The position numbers were made by a program, and so were the translations under genes. Below the pieces are notes generated by a model. That model was not told the DNA's origin. It was given only the letters and a program-made list of their open reading frames with translations, and searched no databases. Source: Pseudomonadota bacterium (lineage in GTDB: Bacteria; Campylobacterota; Campylobacteria; Campylobacterales; Sulfurimonadaceae). From it: a stretch of DNA of 64,000 bases. Shown here in pieces: positions 28,699-38,824 of this stretch. The stretch is taken from contig JAZDQA010000001.1 in the NCBI GenBank assembly GCA_043797085.1, forward strand, positions 32,001-96,000, written 5' to 3'. Every line of letters begins with the position of its first letter. Positions within the stretch are counted from its first letter, which is position 1.

Positions 28699-29487
28699 GT
28701 GAGAGTCGTTTTACGCAACAATGCTATTTTCGTTCACGGGAGTTCCAATACCCTCGAAGAGCCGTGGATGGAAGAGTTTTTTGATCATCACATACACAAT
28801 ACCCTCTTTTTAGACAATGGGATTTTGGTTCTTAATAATGAAAACTCATCCGAACAAAAAAAAGATTTTCTCGATTCTTTAACCGATCGTTATACCACTG
28901 CTAATGACCTTTCCAGTCCATTTTATCGTCGATCACTTCGTAAATGTAAAAGTGCCGCAGTTCGCATCGAAATACCCTACAAAAAAGCTGAAAGAGTGGA
29001 TGTAGAGCTTTATGCGTTTGGTCCAAGTCGAGTAAAAATAACGTTTTTGAGTGATAATCGCTGGGTGATGCGCTATCTCAAGCAGCAGCTTTCTTCTTTG
29101 GTTATGAGCAGCACTTCCAACCAAATTTACATTGATGTCTCAACTCTAAGTGCTAAATCACGTTTAGAAAAAGCGCTTAACCGACGCGAAGTTCTCCATT
29201 ATGTGATCAATTACCGGTATGATGATGGATTTATGAGTAAGCTTTACGGACACTATACCCCTTGGGGATTTGGGAATGATGATATTGACAAGATGATTCG
29301 TTATCATGCGATTTTTGAACTTCCTATGGGAAGCAAGCCTGATGATTTAAAACAGCGTTATCGGCAGTTAGCAAAGCGATATCATCCCGACCGTGTCCAC
29401 ACAAAAAGCCCTGAAGTGATTAACAAGTATACGGAAAAATTTAAACTTCTTCAAGAAGCGTATGATGCATTAAAGGCAGCGAGTTAG
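28699..29487 (+). CDS. Protein with a C-terminal DnaJ (J) domain
   Basis: LKQRYRQLAKRYHPD..FKLLQEAYDAL. Confidence 0.85.
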   Translation: MRVVLRNNAIFVHGSSNTLEEPWMEEFFDHHIHNTLFLDNGILVLNNENSSEQKKDFLDSLTDRYTTANDLSSPFYRRSLRKCKSAAVRIEIPYKKAERVDVELYAFGPSRVKITFLSDNRWVMRYLKQQLSSLVMSSTSNQIYIDVSTLSAKSRLEKALNRREVLHYVINYRYDDGFMSKLYGHYTPWGFGNDDIDKMIRYHAIFELPMGSKPDDLKQRYRQLAKRYHPDRVHTKSPEVINKYTEKFKLLQEAYDALKAAS

Positions 29488-29493
29488 CCTTGC

Positions 29494-29826
29494 TTAAAGA
29501 GAAGCAAGTGCTGCTGATATTTTGGGAAGCGTTGAATTAACCATAGTTGCGTAGTTCGTTAATTTCTCACGATAATCAGCTGTCATGGGAGCTCCATTTT
29601 CCAATTCTTCCACAACAGTGATCATACTCTGTAAAAAATCGCGATGTTCAGCACACTCATGACATACAGTTGTATTGACACACATTCCTTCATTCATCGC
29701 AATATACGCAGCTTGAGTCGCATCGTTTAGTTGCGTAAAATACGCATTTCCAGACGCGTTTGTATCGTTTAAAAGTGAATGAACCTCTTGAAATTTCGAG
29801 TACGTATCATTGATAACATCCAACAT
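29494..29826 (-). CDS. Hypothetical helical protein with a C-x5-C-x2-C-x2-H cluster
   Basis: ATG 29826 after AGGAG; MCVNTTVCHECAEH. Confidence 0.6.
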   Translation of the reverse strand: MLDVINDTYSKFQEVHSLLNDTNASGNAYFTQLNDATQAAYIAMNEGMCVNTTVCHECAEHRDFLQSMITVVEELENGAPMTADYREKLTNYATMVNSTLPKISAALASL

Positions 29827-29931
29827 TGTGTTCTCCTGTTTGAACAATTTAATTTTATTATTGTAGCTCAAAAACAGTAGAATACAATAAAATACAATTA
29901 CAATAAGATTACAAGAATGAAAAGAGAAAGA

Positions 29932-30948
29932 ATGGAATACCGCTATATCGGACGCAGTGGTTTACGCGTATCCCCGATTTGTTTGGGAACGATGACGTTT
30001 GGCAGTCAATGCGATGAGAAAAATGCATTTGCTATTATGGACAAAGCATACGATGCAGGGGTAAATTTTTTCGATACCGCCGAACTTTATCCCGTTCCTC
30101 CAAGCTTTGAACTCTCAGGACTTACGGAGGAGATGGTGGGGCGTTGGCTGAAAACAAAACCGCGTGACAGTCTCATTTTAGCCACCAAAGTTGCCGGTGC
30201 CGCTTCAGGATGGTTCGTTCCTCCGATTCGTCATGGATATACGGCATGTGATCGATTTCATATCGAGCGTGCGATAGAGGGTTCCCTCAAACGTCTTGGG
30301 ACGGATTATATCGATTTGTATCAGATGCATTGGCCAGATCCTATCGTCCCCATCGAAGAGACATTACGAGCATTTGATTCACTGGTGCAAAGCGGAAAAG
30401 TGCGTTACATCGGAACTTCCAATGACAGTGCTTCAGGGGTGATGAAAGCCACAATGACTTCAAAATATGAGAAATTAGCCCGCTTTGAATCGGTACAAAA
30501 TAATTTTTCTCTCCTCAATCGTCGTGATTTGGACGGGATTAGTGCCATGTGTAAAAGTGAAAATATCTCTTTATTGCCTTATTCTCCTCTTGGCGGTGGG
30601 GTGTTGAGTGGAAAATACAATCAATCCAGCGTTGCACAGGGACGTTTTAGTGATTATGTAAACTCAACGAATAAGCGTCAAAGATTGATGGCAGCACGTT
30701 TCTTGAATGATAAAACATTGGCTTCCACGCAAGAATATTTACGTATTGCTCATGACGCAGGAATGGACATTGTCACGATGGCGATTGCGTGGAGTAAACA
30801 GTTCGACTTTGTCGCTTCCACCATCATCGGAGCAACCTCGCCTCAACAGCTCGATGCGAGTTTGGCAGCGATGAACGTCACCCTCTCACCTGAACTAAAT
30901 CACGCATTGGACGCGGTACATGCAAAAATACTTTATCCTATGGGTTAG
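29932..30948 (+). CDS. Aldo/keto reductase (Tas-like)
   Basis: LGTMTFG, DTAELYP, SLKRLGTDYIDLYQMHWP and YSPLGGG motifs. Confidence 0.93.
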   Translation: MEYRYIGRSGLRVSPICLGTMTFGSQCDEKNAFAIMDKAYDAGVNFFDTAELYPVPPSFELSGLTEEMVGRWLKTKPRDSLILATKVAGAASGWFVPPIRHGYTACDRFHIERAIEGSLKRLGTDYIDLYQMHWPDPIVPIEETLRAFDSLVQSGKVRYIGTSNDSASGVMKATMTSKYEKLARFESVQNNFSLLNRRDLDGISAMCKSENISLLPYSPLGGGVLSGKYNQSSVAQGRFSDYVNSTNKRQRLMAARFLNDKTLASTQEYLRIAHDAGMDIVTMAIAWSKQFDFVASTIIGATSPQQLDASLAAMNVTLSPELNHALDAVHAKILYPMG

Positions 30949-31414
30949 TGCGTTCGCTCTCCTAATCGGAGGATGCGCAACGAAACACTACTCTATCAGC
31001 ACCCCAAAAATGATTGTGATCAAAAGTCCCAAGCTGAAATACGCGGATATGGGATACCTTCGCTATGAAGGCGATGCAGTTGAGATGGAACTTTTTACCG
31101 CAGGCGTAGCGGTTGAGAAAATATCCATCGATAAACAAGTATGCGTGAGTGCCGGATGTATGAGTGAAGAGGCGTTTGTACACGAATATCTCTATAAGGA
31201 TTATCCGCGTGACACGATGCGCCGTGTGTTGCAAAGTGAACCTATTTTCGATGGAAATGGAACGAGCGAGTCATGTGGAGGGGTAAAAATCCAAAACATA
31301 CGAAATGATGAGATGGACATAGTCTATCGACGCTCAGCAAAAGAGACCTATTTTAAAGATAGATTGAACGGATTGATGATTAAGATTAGTGATGTTTTGG
31401 AGAGTTCAAAATGA
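30920..31414 (+). CDS. Hypothetical lipoprotein
   Basis: Lipobox LIGGC; intact 164-aa ORF. Confidence 0.7.
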   Translation: MQKYFILWVSAFALLIGGCATKHYSISTPKMIVIKSPKLKYADMGYLRYEGDAVEMELFTAGVAVEKISIDKQVCVSAGCMSEEAFVHEYLYKDYPRDTMRRVLQSEPIFDGNGTSESCGGVKIQNIRNDEMDIVYRRSAKETYFKDRLNGLMIKISDVLESSK

Positions 31415-31481
31415 TGCGGCATAGAGAATTCGGCGACTGTGATATAATAATAAGAGTTGTTGAAAGAAGAGGGCTAGGGAA

Positions 31482-31760
31482 TTGAATTTTGTTTACAGAG
31501 TTCATGCGATCGAGAGAATGTTTCAACGAGATGTAAATGAAGCGGATGTTGAACGTGTTGTCAGATCGGGTGAAATCATAGAGAACTATCCCGATGATCA
31601 ACCTTATCCTTCATTTTTGGTATTGGGGTATATAGATAAAAGAGCACTTCATGTCGTCTATGCAAAAGATGAGAATGAAACTATTATTGTAATCACAGTA
31701 TATGAACCGACGCTTGAAAAATGGTTAGAAGATTTAAAAACGAGGAGAAAACTATCATGA
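31482..31760 (+). CDS. DUF4258 family protein (putative RelE-like toxin)
   Basis: HAIERMFQR, GEIIE.YPDD.PYPS.L.LG, HVV and ITVYEP motifs; TTG start. Confidence 0.85.
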   Translation: MNFVYRVHAIERMFQRDVNEADVERVVRSGEIIENYPDDQPYPSFLVLGYIDKRALHVVYAKDENETIIVITVYEPTLEKWLEDLKTRRKLS

Positions 31761-31987
31761 AATGTTTGATTTGTAAACACGGTGAGACTCAATTGGGAGA
31801 TACAACGGTAACGCTTGAAAAAAATGGTTCTACGATTGTGTTCAAACACGTTCCGGCACACGTTTGTGATAACTGCGGAGAAAAATACGTTGATGACACC
31901 GTAACCGCTGAACTTTTGAAAAAAGCACAAGAGATTATTAAAAACGGTGTCGAAGTTGATATCCGTGAGTATCAAAGCGCGGCGTAA
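31757..31987 (+). CDS. YgiT-type zinc-finger protein (MqsA N-terminal-like, putative antitoxin)
   Basis: MKCLICKHG..VPAHVCDNCGE.Y; translationally coupled to the DUF4258 gene. Confidence 0.87.
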   Translation: MKCLICKHGETQLGDTTVTLEKNGSTIVFKHVPAHVCDNCGEKYVDDTVTAELLKKAQEIIKNGVEVDIREYQSAA

Positions 31988-32036
31988 CTCTTCTCGTCAT
32001 TTAGAGGGAGTTACAAGTAAACAATTTCTCTCTTAA

Positions 32037-32189
32037 AGACTCTCTGAATTTTTCGATGAAGATTCACTAAGTGCAAAAACTGCACATACTGCCAAAGATG
32101 GAAAAAACTATCAAACAAAATTTTATAATCTCGATGTGATTTTCGATAGAGAAATCAAAAAACTTTTAAAAAATACACAAGGAAATTAA
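32037..32189 (+). pseudogene. Internally deleted remnant of a RhuM-family gene
   Basis: Start-less frame ..[30 protein letters not shown], matching RhuM-family motifs as recalled. Confidence 0.6.
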
Positions 32190-32190
32190 T

Positions 32191-33036
32191 ATGTCTAAAT
32201 ACGTAGGAGCTCATGTCTCAGCCTCAGGCGGAGTCTTTAATGCCCCCCTTAATGCAATGAAAATAGGGGCGAAAGCATTTGCTCTTTTTACTAAAAACCA
32301 AAAACAGTGGGCGGCAAAACCGCTTGAGGATGAGACGATTGGATTGTTTAAAGACAATCTCGCCAAAAGCGGCATCCTTCCAAAACACATTCTCCCGCAC
32401 GATTCGTATTTGATCAATCTCGGTCATCCCGAAGAGGATAAACGGCAAAAATCACTCGAAGCGTTTATCGATGAGTTGCAACGCTGTTCACAGTTGGGGC
32501 TTGATCGGTTGAATTTTCATCCGGGAAGTCATCTCAAACAAATCAGCGAAGAAGAGTGTATCGACCGCATCGCCATGAGTATGAATGAAGCGATTAAAAC
32601 GGTTGATGGTGTCAATCTCACCATTGAAAATACTGCAGGGCAGGGGTCTAATCTCGGATGGAGATTTGAACATATTGCCGCAATTATCGAGCGTATTGAA
32701 GATAAATCACGTGTTGGAGTATGCATCGATACGTGCCATATGTTCACCGCAGGATATGATATTCGTACTCGTGAGGCATATGATGCAACTTGGAAAGAAT
32801 TTGATACAATCATAGGGTTTAAGTATCTCAAAGGGATGCATATTAATGATTCGAAACCTGATTTAGGCTCTCATGTTGACCGACATGACTCGCTTGGTAA
32901 GGGAAAAATTGGATTGGATGCGTTTCGTTTTCTCATGAACGATCCTCGAATGGATGATATTCCACTCGTTTTAGAGACGATTGATGAGACGATTTGGGCA
33001 CAAGAGATAGCACTTTTATATTCAATGCAGGAGTAA
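32191..33036 (+). CDS. nfo: Endonuclease IV
   Basis: GAHVS, H.SYLINL, FHPG, ENTAGQG, DTCH and DRH motifs. Confidence 0.96.
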   Translation: MSKYVGAHVSASGGVFNAPLNAMKIGAKAFALFTKNQKQWAAKPLEDETIGLFKDNLAKSGILPKHILPHDSYLINLGHPEEDKRQKSLEAFIDELQRCSQLGLDRLNFHPGSHLKQISEEECIDRIAMSMNEAIKTVDGVNLTIENTAGQGSNLGWRFEHIAAIIERIEDKSRVGVCIDTCHMFTAGYDIRTREAYDATWKEFDTIIGFKYLKGMHINDSKPDLGSHVDRHDSLGKGKIGLDAFRFLMNDPRMDDIPLVLETIDETIWAQEIALLYSMQE

Positions 33037-33039
33037 AGT

Positions 33040-34245
33040 ATGAAAATCATCGTAATTTCAGCAGTTGCAGCAGCGACACTTATGGCAGGGGGATATGCAA
33101 TCCCTGAGAGCTCGATCAATGCAACAGCACTGAGTGCGGCGTATGTTGCTAATGCGCACGGAGCGGATGCCACGTATTATAATCCTGCGGCGATGGTCTA
33201 TAACGACGATGCCAATTTACTCGAAGTGGATATGACTTATATTGGACTTTCGAAAATTCATTACGCATCAACGAGTGGAGCAACAAATATCGATTCTGAA
33301 TCTGAAAAGTTTTTAGTTCCAAGTATCCATTATACGTCTAAAAAGTTAGGGGATAATGGAGCTCGTGTCGGGTTAAGTATTGTTGTTCCGGCTGGATTGT
33401 CGAAGCGATGGAAAAGTGCTCCGGCAGTTTATAGTGCTGAAGAGTTTACACTGGAAACGGTAGAGTTTAATCCTTCTGTGGCAATACCGCTTAGCGATAC
33501 CGTGAGTATGGGTGTTGGTTTTCGAGTAATTTCTAGTAGTGGAGTTGTTAAAAGTACGGCGCCTAACCCTGCATCAAGAGATTTGACGGGCGACTCGCTC
33601 GATTACGGGTATAACTTGGCACTAAATTATCGACCTATTAGTAATCTTTCATTAGCGGCAACGTATCGTTCAAAAATTAATTTAAATGTGGAGGGAAGTG
33701 CAAATCTGCGCTATTTAACTACTCCACCATACAGCGGTCCAGCCAGCGTAACGATTCCGCTTCCGGCAGCATTGAATCTTGCAGTTGCCTATACCTTTGA
33801 TACGGGAACTACGGTTGAGGCTGTTTATCAGAGAACCTATTGGTCGGCATACAAAAATTTAGATTTTGATTACAGTGGAACACCGAATACAGCAACGGTT
33901 GTCTTTGGTACACCAGTTTCAAAAAATTATGATAATACTAATACCTACCGTCTTGGACTTACCCAAAAATACGATAAATGGACAGCGATGGCAGGGGTCG
34001 CATACGATGAGACGCCAGTACCGGAATCAACATTAGGCTATGAACTACCCGATTCGGATGCATGGATTGTTTCGTTGGGTGGACGCTACCAGCTTGATTC
34101 GCATTGGAATATTGGCTTGGCGGGTTTGGTGGATATGAAAGAGTCGCGTGAAGTACATCAGGCTAGTGGTAGTAACCCAGTTAACGGCGAATTCTCCAAT
34201 GCCCGAGCCTATCTCGTTACTGCAGGAATCGAGTATCGCTTTTGA
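33040..34245 (+). CDS. OmpP1/FadL family outer-membrane transporter
   Basis: Signal peptide, ADATYYNPAAM, LPDSD and C-terminal YRF. Confidence 0.88.
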   Translation: MKIIVISAVAAATLMAGGYAIPESSINATALSAAYVANAHGADATYYNPAAMVYNDDANLLEVDMTYIGLSKIHYASTSGATNIDSESEKFLVPSIHYTSKKLGDNGARVGLSIVVPAGLSKRWKSAPAVYSAEEFTLETVEFNPSVAIPLSDTVSMGVGFRVISSSGVVKSTAPNPASRDLTGDSLDYGYNLALNYRPISNLSLAATYRSKINLNVEGSANLRYLTTPPYSGPASVTIPLPAALNLAVAYTFDTGTTVEAVYQRTYWSAYKNLDFDYSGTPNTATVVFGTPVSKNYDNTNTYRLGLTQKYDKWTAMAGVAYDETPVPESTLGYELPDSDAWIVSLGGRYQLDSHWNIGLAGLVDMKESREVHQASGSNPVNGEFSNARAYLVTAGIEYRF

Positions 34246-35783
34246 TTCAGTACCCGTTTGAAAATTTCTATGAGATGCTCAAATCGGTCACTCAGACGAA
34301 TGCGAGTAAAAAAGCAATTTTTATTGCTAATGAGAGCTATAGTTACAGCCAATTACTCAATAAAGTAGATGATCTTGCGCAATCGCTTCGTGCTTTGAGC
34401 GTAGGGCGTGGAGATCGCATTGCGTTGATTTGTCCTAACAGTATAGAGTTTGTCGTGAGTATTTTTGCTGCCAATAAAATCGGAGCTGTGGTCGTTCCCA
34501 TCAATACAATGCTTAAAAATGAAGAGTATCGCTATATTCTCCAAGACTGTTGTGCCAAAGTGTTGATTACGGGATACAAGCTAAAAGCCGAAACGCAAAG
34601 CCTGGAAAAAGATGTTCCAAGTCTCAAAGCTACCATTTGGATAGATCAGTCCCCCCTTAATGCTTCGAACCATTACGAAATGAATGCACTTCCTCAAAAT
34701 GATGAAATCCGAGAAACTGAGTCGCTTGGTATAGACGATACGGCCGTTATTTTTTACACCTCAGGGACGACGGGTAATCCCAAAGGTGCGATGATTAGCC
34801 ATCGTAATTTATTTTCCAATCTTATTGGGGCGCAAGAACGATTTGATTTGAATCACCGTGATCGTTTTATCATCTATCTTCCGATGTTTCACTCTTTTAC
34901 GTTTTCGATAATGGTGATGCTGCCATTGTTTTTGCAAGCCTCTTCCGTGATCGTCCCATCAATCTTGCCTTTTAGTAATATTCTAAAACAAACACTGCTC
35001 AAGCAAGTGACGGTATTTATGGGGGTTCCCGATATTTACAACGCATTGCTTCGAGCAAAACTTCCATGGTATTTTTTGTGGTTCAATCGTATTCGCTGTT
35101 TTATCTCCGGTGGTTCAGCGCTGAGCGAAGATACCATAAACCGTTTTCATGCTACATTTAAACGCGCCACGATGCTCGAAGGATATGGACTGAGTGAATG
35201 TTCTCCTGCGGTTGCGATTAATCCCATTGAAAAACAAAAGCTTCTTTCCGTCGGATTGCCGCTGGCAGGATATGACGTGAAGATTGTGGATGAAGAGATG
35301 CTTGAGTTGCCGTATGGTGAGGTGGGTGAACTGATTGTTCGTGGTGATTGTGTGATGAGCGGATATCTAAATGATCCGGTTGAGAGTGATAAAGCGATTC
35401 AAAATGGCTGGCTTCGCACCGGTGATATGGCAAAAGTCGATGAGGAAGGGTACATTTACATCGTTGATCGGATCAAAGATTTGATTATCTCTAAAGGGCT
35501 GAACATCTATCCGCGTCAGATCGAAGAGTGCCTTATGTTGTTGCCAAGTGTAAAGCTAGCTGCTGTTGTCGCCCAAAGTGATCCGCACAGTGGCGAAGTT
35601 CCCATAGCATTTATTGAACTGGAAGAAGGCTTCGAACACATCAGCCCCTCTCAGCTTAAATCTGAACTTAAAGAGCATCTCGCTGCATTTAAAATCCCTA
35701 AAACGATAACTGTGGTAAAATCCCTACCGAAAACCGCTACAGGCAAAGTACTCAAACGGGTACTAAAAGAAGGAAGTTATTGA
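34242..35783 (+). CDS. Long-chain fatty acid--CoA ligase
   Basis: YTSGTTGNPKG, EGYGLSE, TGD, DRIKD and TATGK motifs. Confidence 0.9.
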   Translation: MIQYPFENFYEMLKSVTQTNASKKAIFIANESYSYSQLLNKVDDLAQSLRALSVGRGDRIALICPNSIEFVVSIFAANKIGAVVVPINTMLKNEEYRYILQDCCAKVLITGYKLKAETQSLEKDVPSLKATIWIDQSPLNASNHYEMNALPQNDEIRETESLGIDDTAVIFYTSGTTGNPKGAMISHRNLFSNLIGAQERFDLNHRDRFIIYLPMFHSFTFSIMVMLPLFLQASSVIVPSILPFSNILKQTLLKQVTVFMGVPDIYNALLRAKLPWYFLWFNRIRCFISGGSALSEDTINRFHATFKRATMLEGYGLSECSPAVAINPIEKQKLLSVGLPLAGYDVKIVDEEMLELPYGEVGELIVRGDCVMSGYLNDPVESDKAIQNGWLRTGDMAKVDEEGYIYIVDRIKDLIISKGLNIYPRQIEECLMLLPSVKLAAVVAQSDPHSGEVPIAFIELEEGFEHISPSQLKSELKEHLAAFKIPKTITVVKSLPKTATGKVLKRVLKEGSY

Positions 35784-37516
35784 AATATTTAATCGATTTT
35801 TTAGAAAATGAAACCATAGAAAATAGTCATATTTTTGCGCAGCTAAAATGTACCGTTGAAGAGGCAAAAATTTTACAGCTTTTAACTCAAAAATTTTTGC
35901 AGTCCCAAGAAGATGTTCCTGTTTTTGAATTGCTGCAAGAGATTTATGGAGCAGAAAATTATGAGTATTTGACCCATTTCGGAGAAGTGAAAACCCTTTT
36001 GGAGCTTGGATGGATTACTCACCACTCCTTTACTCCGATCAAAATCAGTGAACTCTCTGTATTGGAGCTTTTTAATACCCCTGTCGCATTGACGTCGATT
36101 TTTATGAAACTTCTCGAAGAGGGGTCGTTAGAGATGACGCTTCCTGAGATCAAGCCGTATGCCGATCATTTGGAATACTTGCAAGACCAATTTTTTCGCA
36201 TTGAGTTGTACCAAAAAATGTCGATTGTTCGCAACAGCGGGAACGATCATTCGTTGGGGATAAATCGGATTCAAAACAAGCTTGATTTGTTGGAAAAACG
36301 AATTGATGAACGGATTGCTCAAACTTCTCAAGATGTTGTACTGGATCGTTTTTTCAAGCAAAAAAAGTTAGAGCCAAAAGAACAGGTGATTTTTTTAGCA
36401 TTGTTAAAAGAAGAATACAGTGCGACTGAGGGAAATCTGCGTGAGATGAATACTCTGATCGATCTTATCAGTTTTGATGATTACGAACGGATCAAAAATC
36501 GTGCACTTCTCGAAGACGGCGCACGTCTTATTAACGATGATGTCATCGATTATGAAGAGATGCTCAACCCTTTTGGAGGGATAAGCCGTGCTTTTTACAT
36601 CGTTGATGAGGTGCTTCAAAGCATTATGCACCCGCAAAAAAAGAAAAAAGCAAGTAAGCTCAAGCTCGATATGCTCATCAAAGAGCAAGAGATTTTTGAG
36701 CTGATCGAACCGGTTACCTCTTTAGAAAATGTTATTCTCAATACCTCTACGGAAAAAACGCTCCAAAACCTCATGCGTCAACTGGATAAAGAGGTCATTG
36801 CACGTTTGCATCAGTGGGGGGTGAAAGATAAAAAAGCGGGAATCGACGCACGAATTATTTTCTACGGCCCTCCGGGGACAGGGAAAACTCTTACAGCTCA
36901 TTCACTCTCACGTTCACTAAAACGTCAAGTGCTGAGTTTTGATTGTTCGAAGATTCTCTCAATGTACATCGGGGAGTCGGAAAAAAATGTTCGTAAAATC
37001 TTCGATACCTATGCAGATTTGACCAAGCAGACGAAAACGGAACCGATTTTACTGCTCAATGAAGCCGATCAGTTTTTGGCATCACGTTCAAGCGGTGTCG
37101 GTTCATCCGCCGATCAAATGCACAATCAGATGCAAAATATCTTTTTAGAGCAAATCGAAAAATTTCAAGGGATTTTGATCGCCACGACAAACTTGCTTGA
37201 AAATATTGACAAAGCTTTCTCTCGCCGATTCAACTATAAAATTGAGTTCAAAAAACCGGATCAGGCACAGCGGTTGGATCTTTGGAAGATGATGCTTCCT
37301 AAACATGCTCCATTCGAAGAGGGTTTTAACATTGAAAAGCTTATTCATCACCCATTAACTGGGGGACAGATTAATCTGATCGTAAAAAATACCGCCTATA
37401 ATGTCGCAGCTCGTGATAATGCTGTTTTCATGCTGAGTGATTTTGAAGATGAAATCCTCAAGGAGAAGCAAGGTAGTTTTGACAGTGAAAAATCGGTAGG
37501 ATTTTTAAATCGTTAA
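35780..37516 (+). CDS. AAA+ family ATPase (Campylobacterota-type)
   Basis: GPPGTGKT, YIGESEK, LLNEAD (variant Walker B) and DKAFSRRF motifs. Confidence 0.88.
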   Translation: MKYLIDFLENETIENSHIFAQLKCTVEEAKILQLLTQKFLQSQEDVPVFELLQEIYGAENYEYLTHFGEVKTLLELGWITHHSFTPIKISELSVLELFNTPVALTSIFMKLLEEGSLEMTLPEIKPYADHLEYLQDQFFRIELYQKMSIVRNSGNDHSLGINRIQNKLDLLEKRIDERIAQTSQDVVLDRFFKQKKLEPKEQVIFLALLKEEYSATEGNLREMNTLIDLISFDDYERIKNRALLEDGARLINDDVIDYEEMLNPFGGISRAFYIVDEVLQSIMHPQKKKKASKLKLDMLIKEQEIFELIEPVTSLENVILNTSTEKTLQNLMRQLDKEVIARLHQWGVKDKKAGIDARIIFYGPPGTGKTLTAHSLSRSLKRQVLSFDCSKILSMYIGESEKNVRKIFDTYADLTKQTKTEPILLLNEADQFLASRSSGVGSSADQMHNQMQNIFLEQIEKFQGILIATTNLLENIDKAFSRRFNYKIEFKKPDQAQRLDLWKMMLPKHAPFEEGFNIEKLIHHPLTGGQINLIVKNTAYNVAARDNAVFMLSDFEDEILKEKQGSFDSEKSVGFLNR

Positions 37517-37547
37517 AAGAAAGGAGCATTTCCTTTCTTATTTTTTT
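37517..37547 (+). terminator. Intrinsic terminator-like hairpin
   Basis: AAGAAAGGA-GCATT-TCCTTTCTT followed by A and T7. Confidence 0.55.
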
Positions 37548-37624
37548 GCGCTTTTAGCTCAGATGGATAGAGCATCGGCTTCCTAAGCTGAGGGTCACAG
37601 GTTCGAGTCCTGTAAGGCGCACCA
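37548..37624 (+). tRNA. tRNA-Arg(CCT)
   Basis: Cloverleaf: acceptor GCGCTTT/AAGGCGC, anticodon loop TT-CCT-AA, GTTCGAG T-loop, encoded CCA; 77 nt. Confidence 0.95.
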
Positions 37625-37640
37625 CCATCGTTGTTTTAAA

Positions 37641-37821
37641 GTTACTATTTGTAACATAATCTTTATTCTTCTCGCCCTCTACTTGATAACACCACTGACT
37701 TTTTCTTATTATCCCTTGGATATGTATCAAAACTAGTATAAAAAGCAAAAATAAATATATTTTTGTTACAAAATATAACAATTTGCTGTTGCTATAAAAC
37801 GTATGTGTTTATAAAAGTAAC
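37641..37821. promoter_or_regulatory. Three GTTAC-N5-GTAAC-like palindromes upstream of nuoA
   Basis: 37641-55 perfect, 37765-79 one mismatch, 37807-21 two mismatches. Confidence 0.35.
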
Positions 37822-37943
37822 AGAGTCAAAATAAGTTCTTTTGTATAAGGGTTTGTTTAATTCACTTTTGGTTATAGTGCAATAATTGTTTATTTCAGGC
37901 ATGTAAAAATGCAGGTATACCATAATACAAAAAGGTCGGACTC

Positions 37944-38333
37944 ATGGAGCACTACAACGTAGCAAATCCTTATTTTGGGGTATTTGTGCTGTTTGTACTT
38001 ACGTTTGGGGCATTTTATGCGACAACGGTACTTGCACGCTTAGCCAGTCGCGCGTTAGCGGCTAAAGACACGGAAAAAATAAAACTCTCTCCGTACGAAT
38101 GCGGACCAGAGGTAAGTAAACAGCCAAACCGTATTTCAACGCAGTTTTATCTGTTTGCGTTGTTGTTTTTACTGTTTGATGTCGAAATCGTTTTTATGTT
38201 TCCGTGGGCGATTGATTTTAAATTGCTTGGCTGGTTTGGTTTTGTTGAGATGATGTTGTTTATTCTTCTCTTAACAATCGGATTTGTTTATGCGTGGAAG
38301 AAAGGAGCCCTCGAATGGCACAACATCAAGTAA
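37944..38333 (+). CDS. nuoA: NADH-quinone oxidoreductase subunit A
   Basis: PYECG, FLLFDVE and KGALEW motifs. Confidence 0.96.
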   Translation: MEHYNVANPYFGVFVLFVLTFGAFYATTVLARLASRALAAKDTEKIKLSPYECGPEVSKQPNRISTQFYLFALLFLLFDVEIVFMFPWAIDFKLLGWFGFVEMMLFILLLTIGFVYAWKKGALEWHNIK

Positions 38334-38824
38334 ATTATTTAAAAGACGGCGGTCTTCCCGTTGCACTGACCACAATTGATAAAGTCGTTAACTGGGGTCG
38401 CTCCAACTCGTTGTGGGCATTGACGTACGGATTGGCGTGTTGCGGTATCGAGATGATGGCTTCAGGTGCATCTCGTTATGACTTTGACCGTTTTGGTACG
38501 ATTTTTCGTGCTTCTCCGCGTCAAGCAGAGTTGATGGTAGTTGCTGGGACATTGACCAAAAAGCATGCGGAATTTATTCGCCGTTTGTACGACCAAATGA
38601 CAGAGCCAAAATGGGTTATTTCTATGGGTTCATGCGCGAATACGGGCGGAATGTTCAACACGTATGCAACCGTACAGGGTGTGGATCGTGTTATTCCTGT
38701 TGATTTGTATCTTCCGGGGTGTGCACCGCGTCCTGAGACGTTGCAATACGGCGTTATGATGCTTCAACAAAAAATTCGTCGTGAGAGTGCATCTCGTGCT
38801 CAAAAGCCAAAAAGGTTGATGTAA
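38315..38824 (+). CDS. nuoB: NADH-quinone oxidoreductase subunit B
   Basis: [19 protein letters not shown] and PGCAPRPE motifs. Confidence 0.97.
   Translation: MAQHQVNYLKDGGLPVALTTIDKVVNWGRSNSLWALTYGLACCGIEMMASGASRYDFDRFGTIFRASPRQAELMVVAGTLTKKHAEFIRRLYDQMTEPKWVISMGSCANTGGMFNTYATVQGVDRVIPVDLYLPGCAPRPETLQYGVMMLQQKIRRESASRAQKPKRLM

Noticed and set aside
29256..29268. TACCCCTTGGGGA in the J-domain gene, a 12/13 match to the reverse complement of the core of the 15210 insert
   Set aside because: It is in coding sequence with no host palindrome, and one such near-match in 64 kb could be chance.
37554..37781. 75-aa minus-strand ORF
   Set aside because: It overlaps tRNA-Arg and AT-rich promoter DNA, so it is likely spurious.
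37548..37943. tRNA-Arg genes (here and at 60713-60789) as island integration sites
   Set aside because: I found no duplicated tRNA 3' end, and the flanking genes are core genes.
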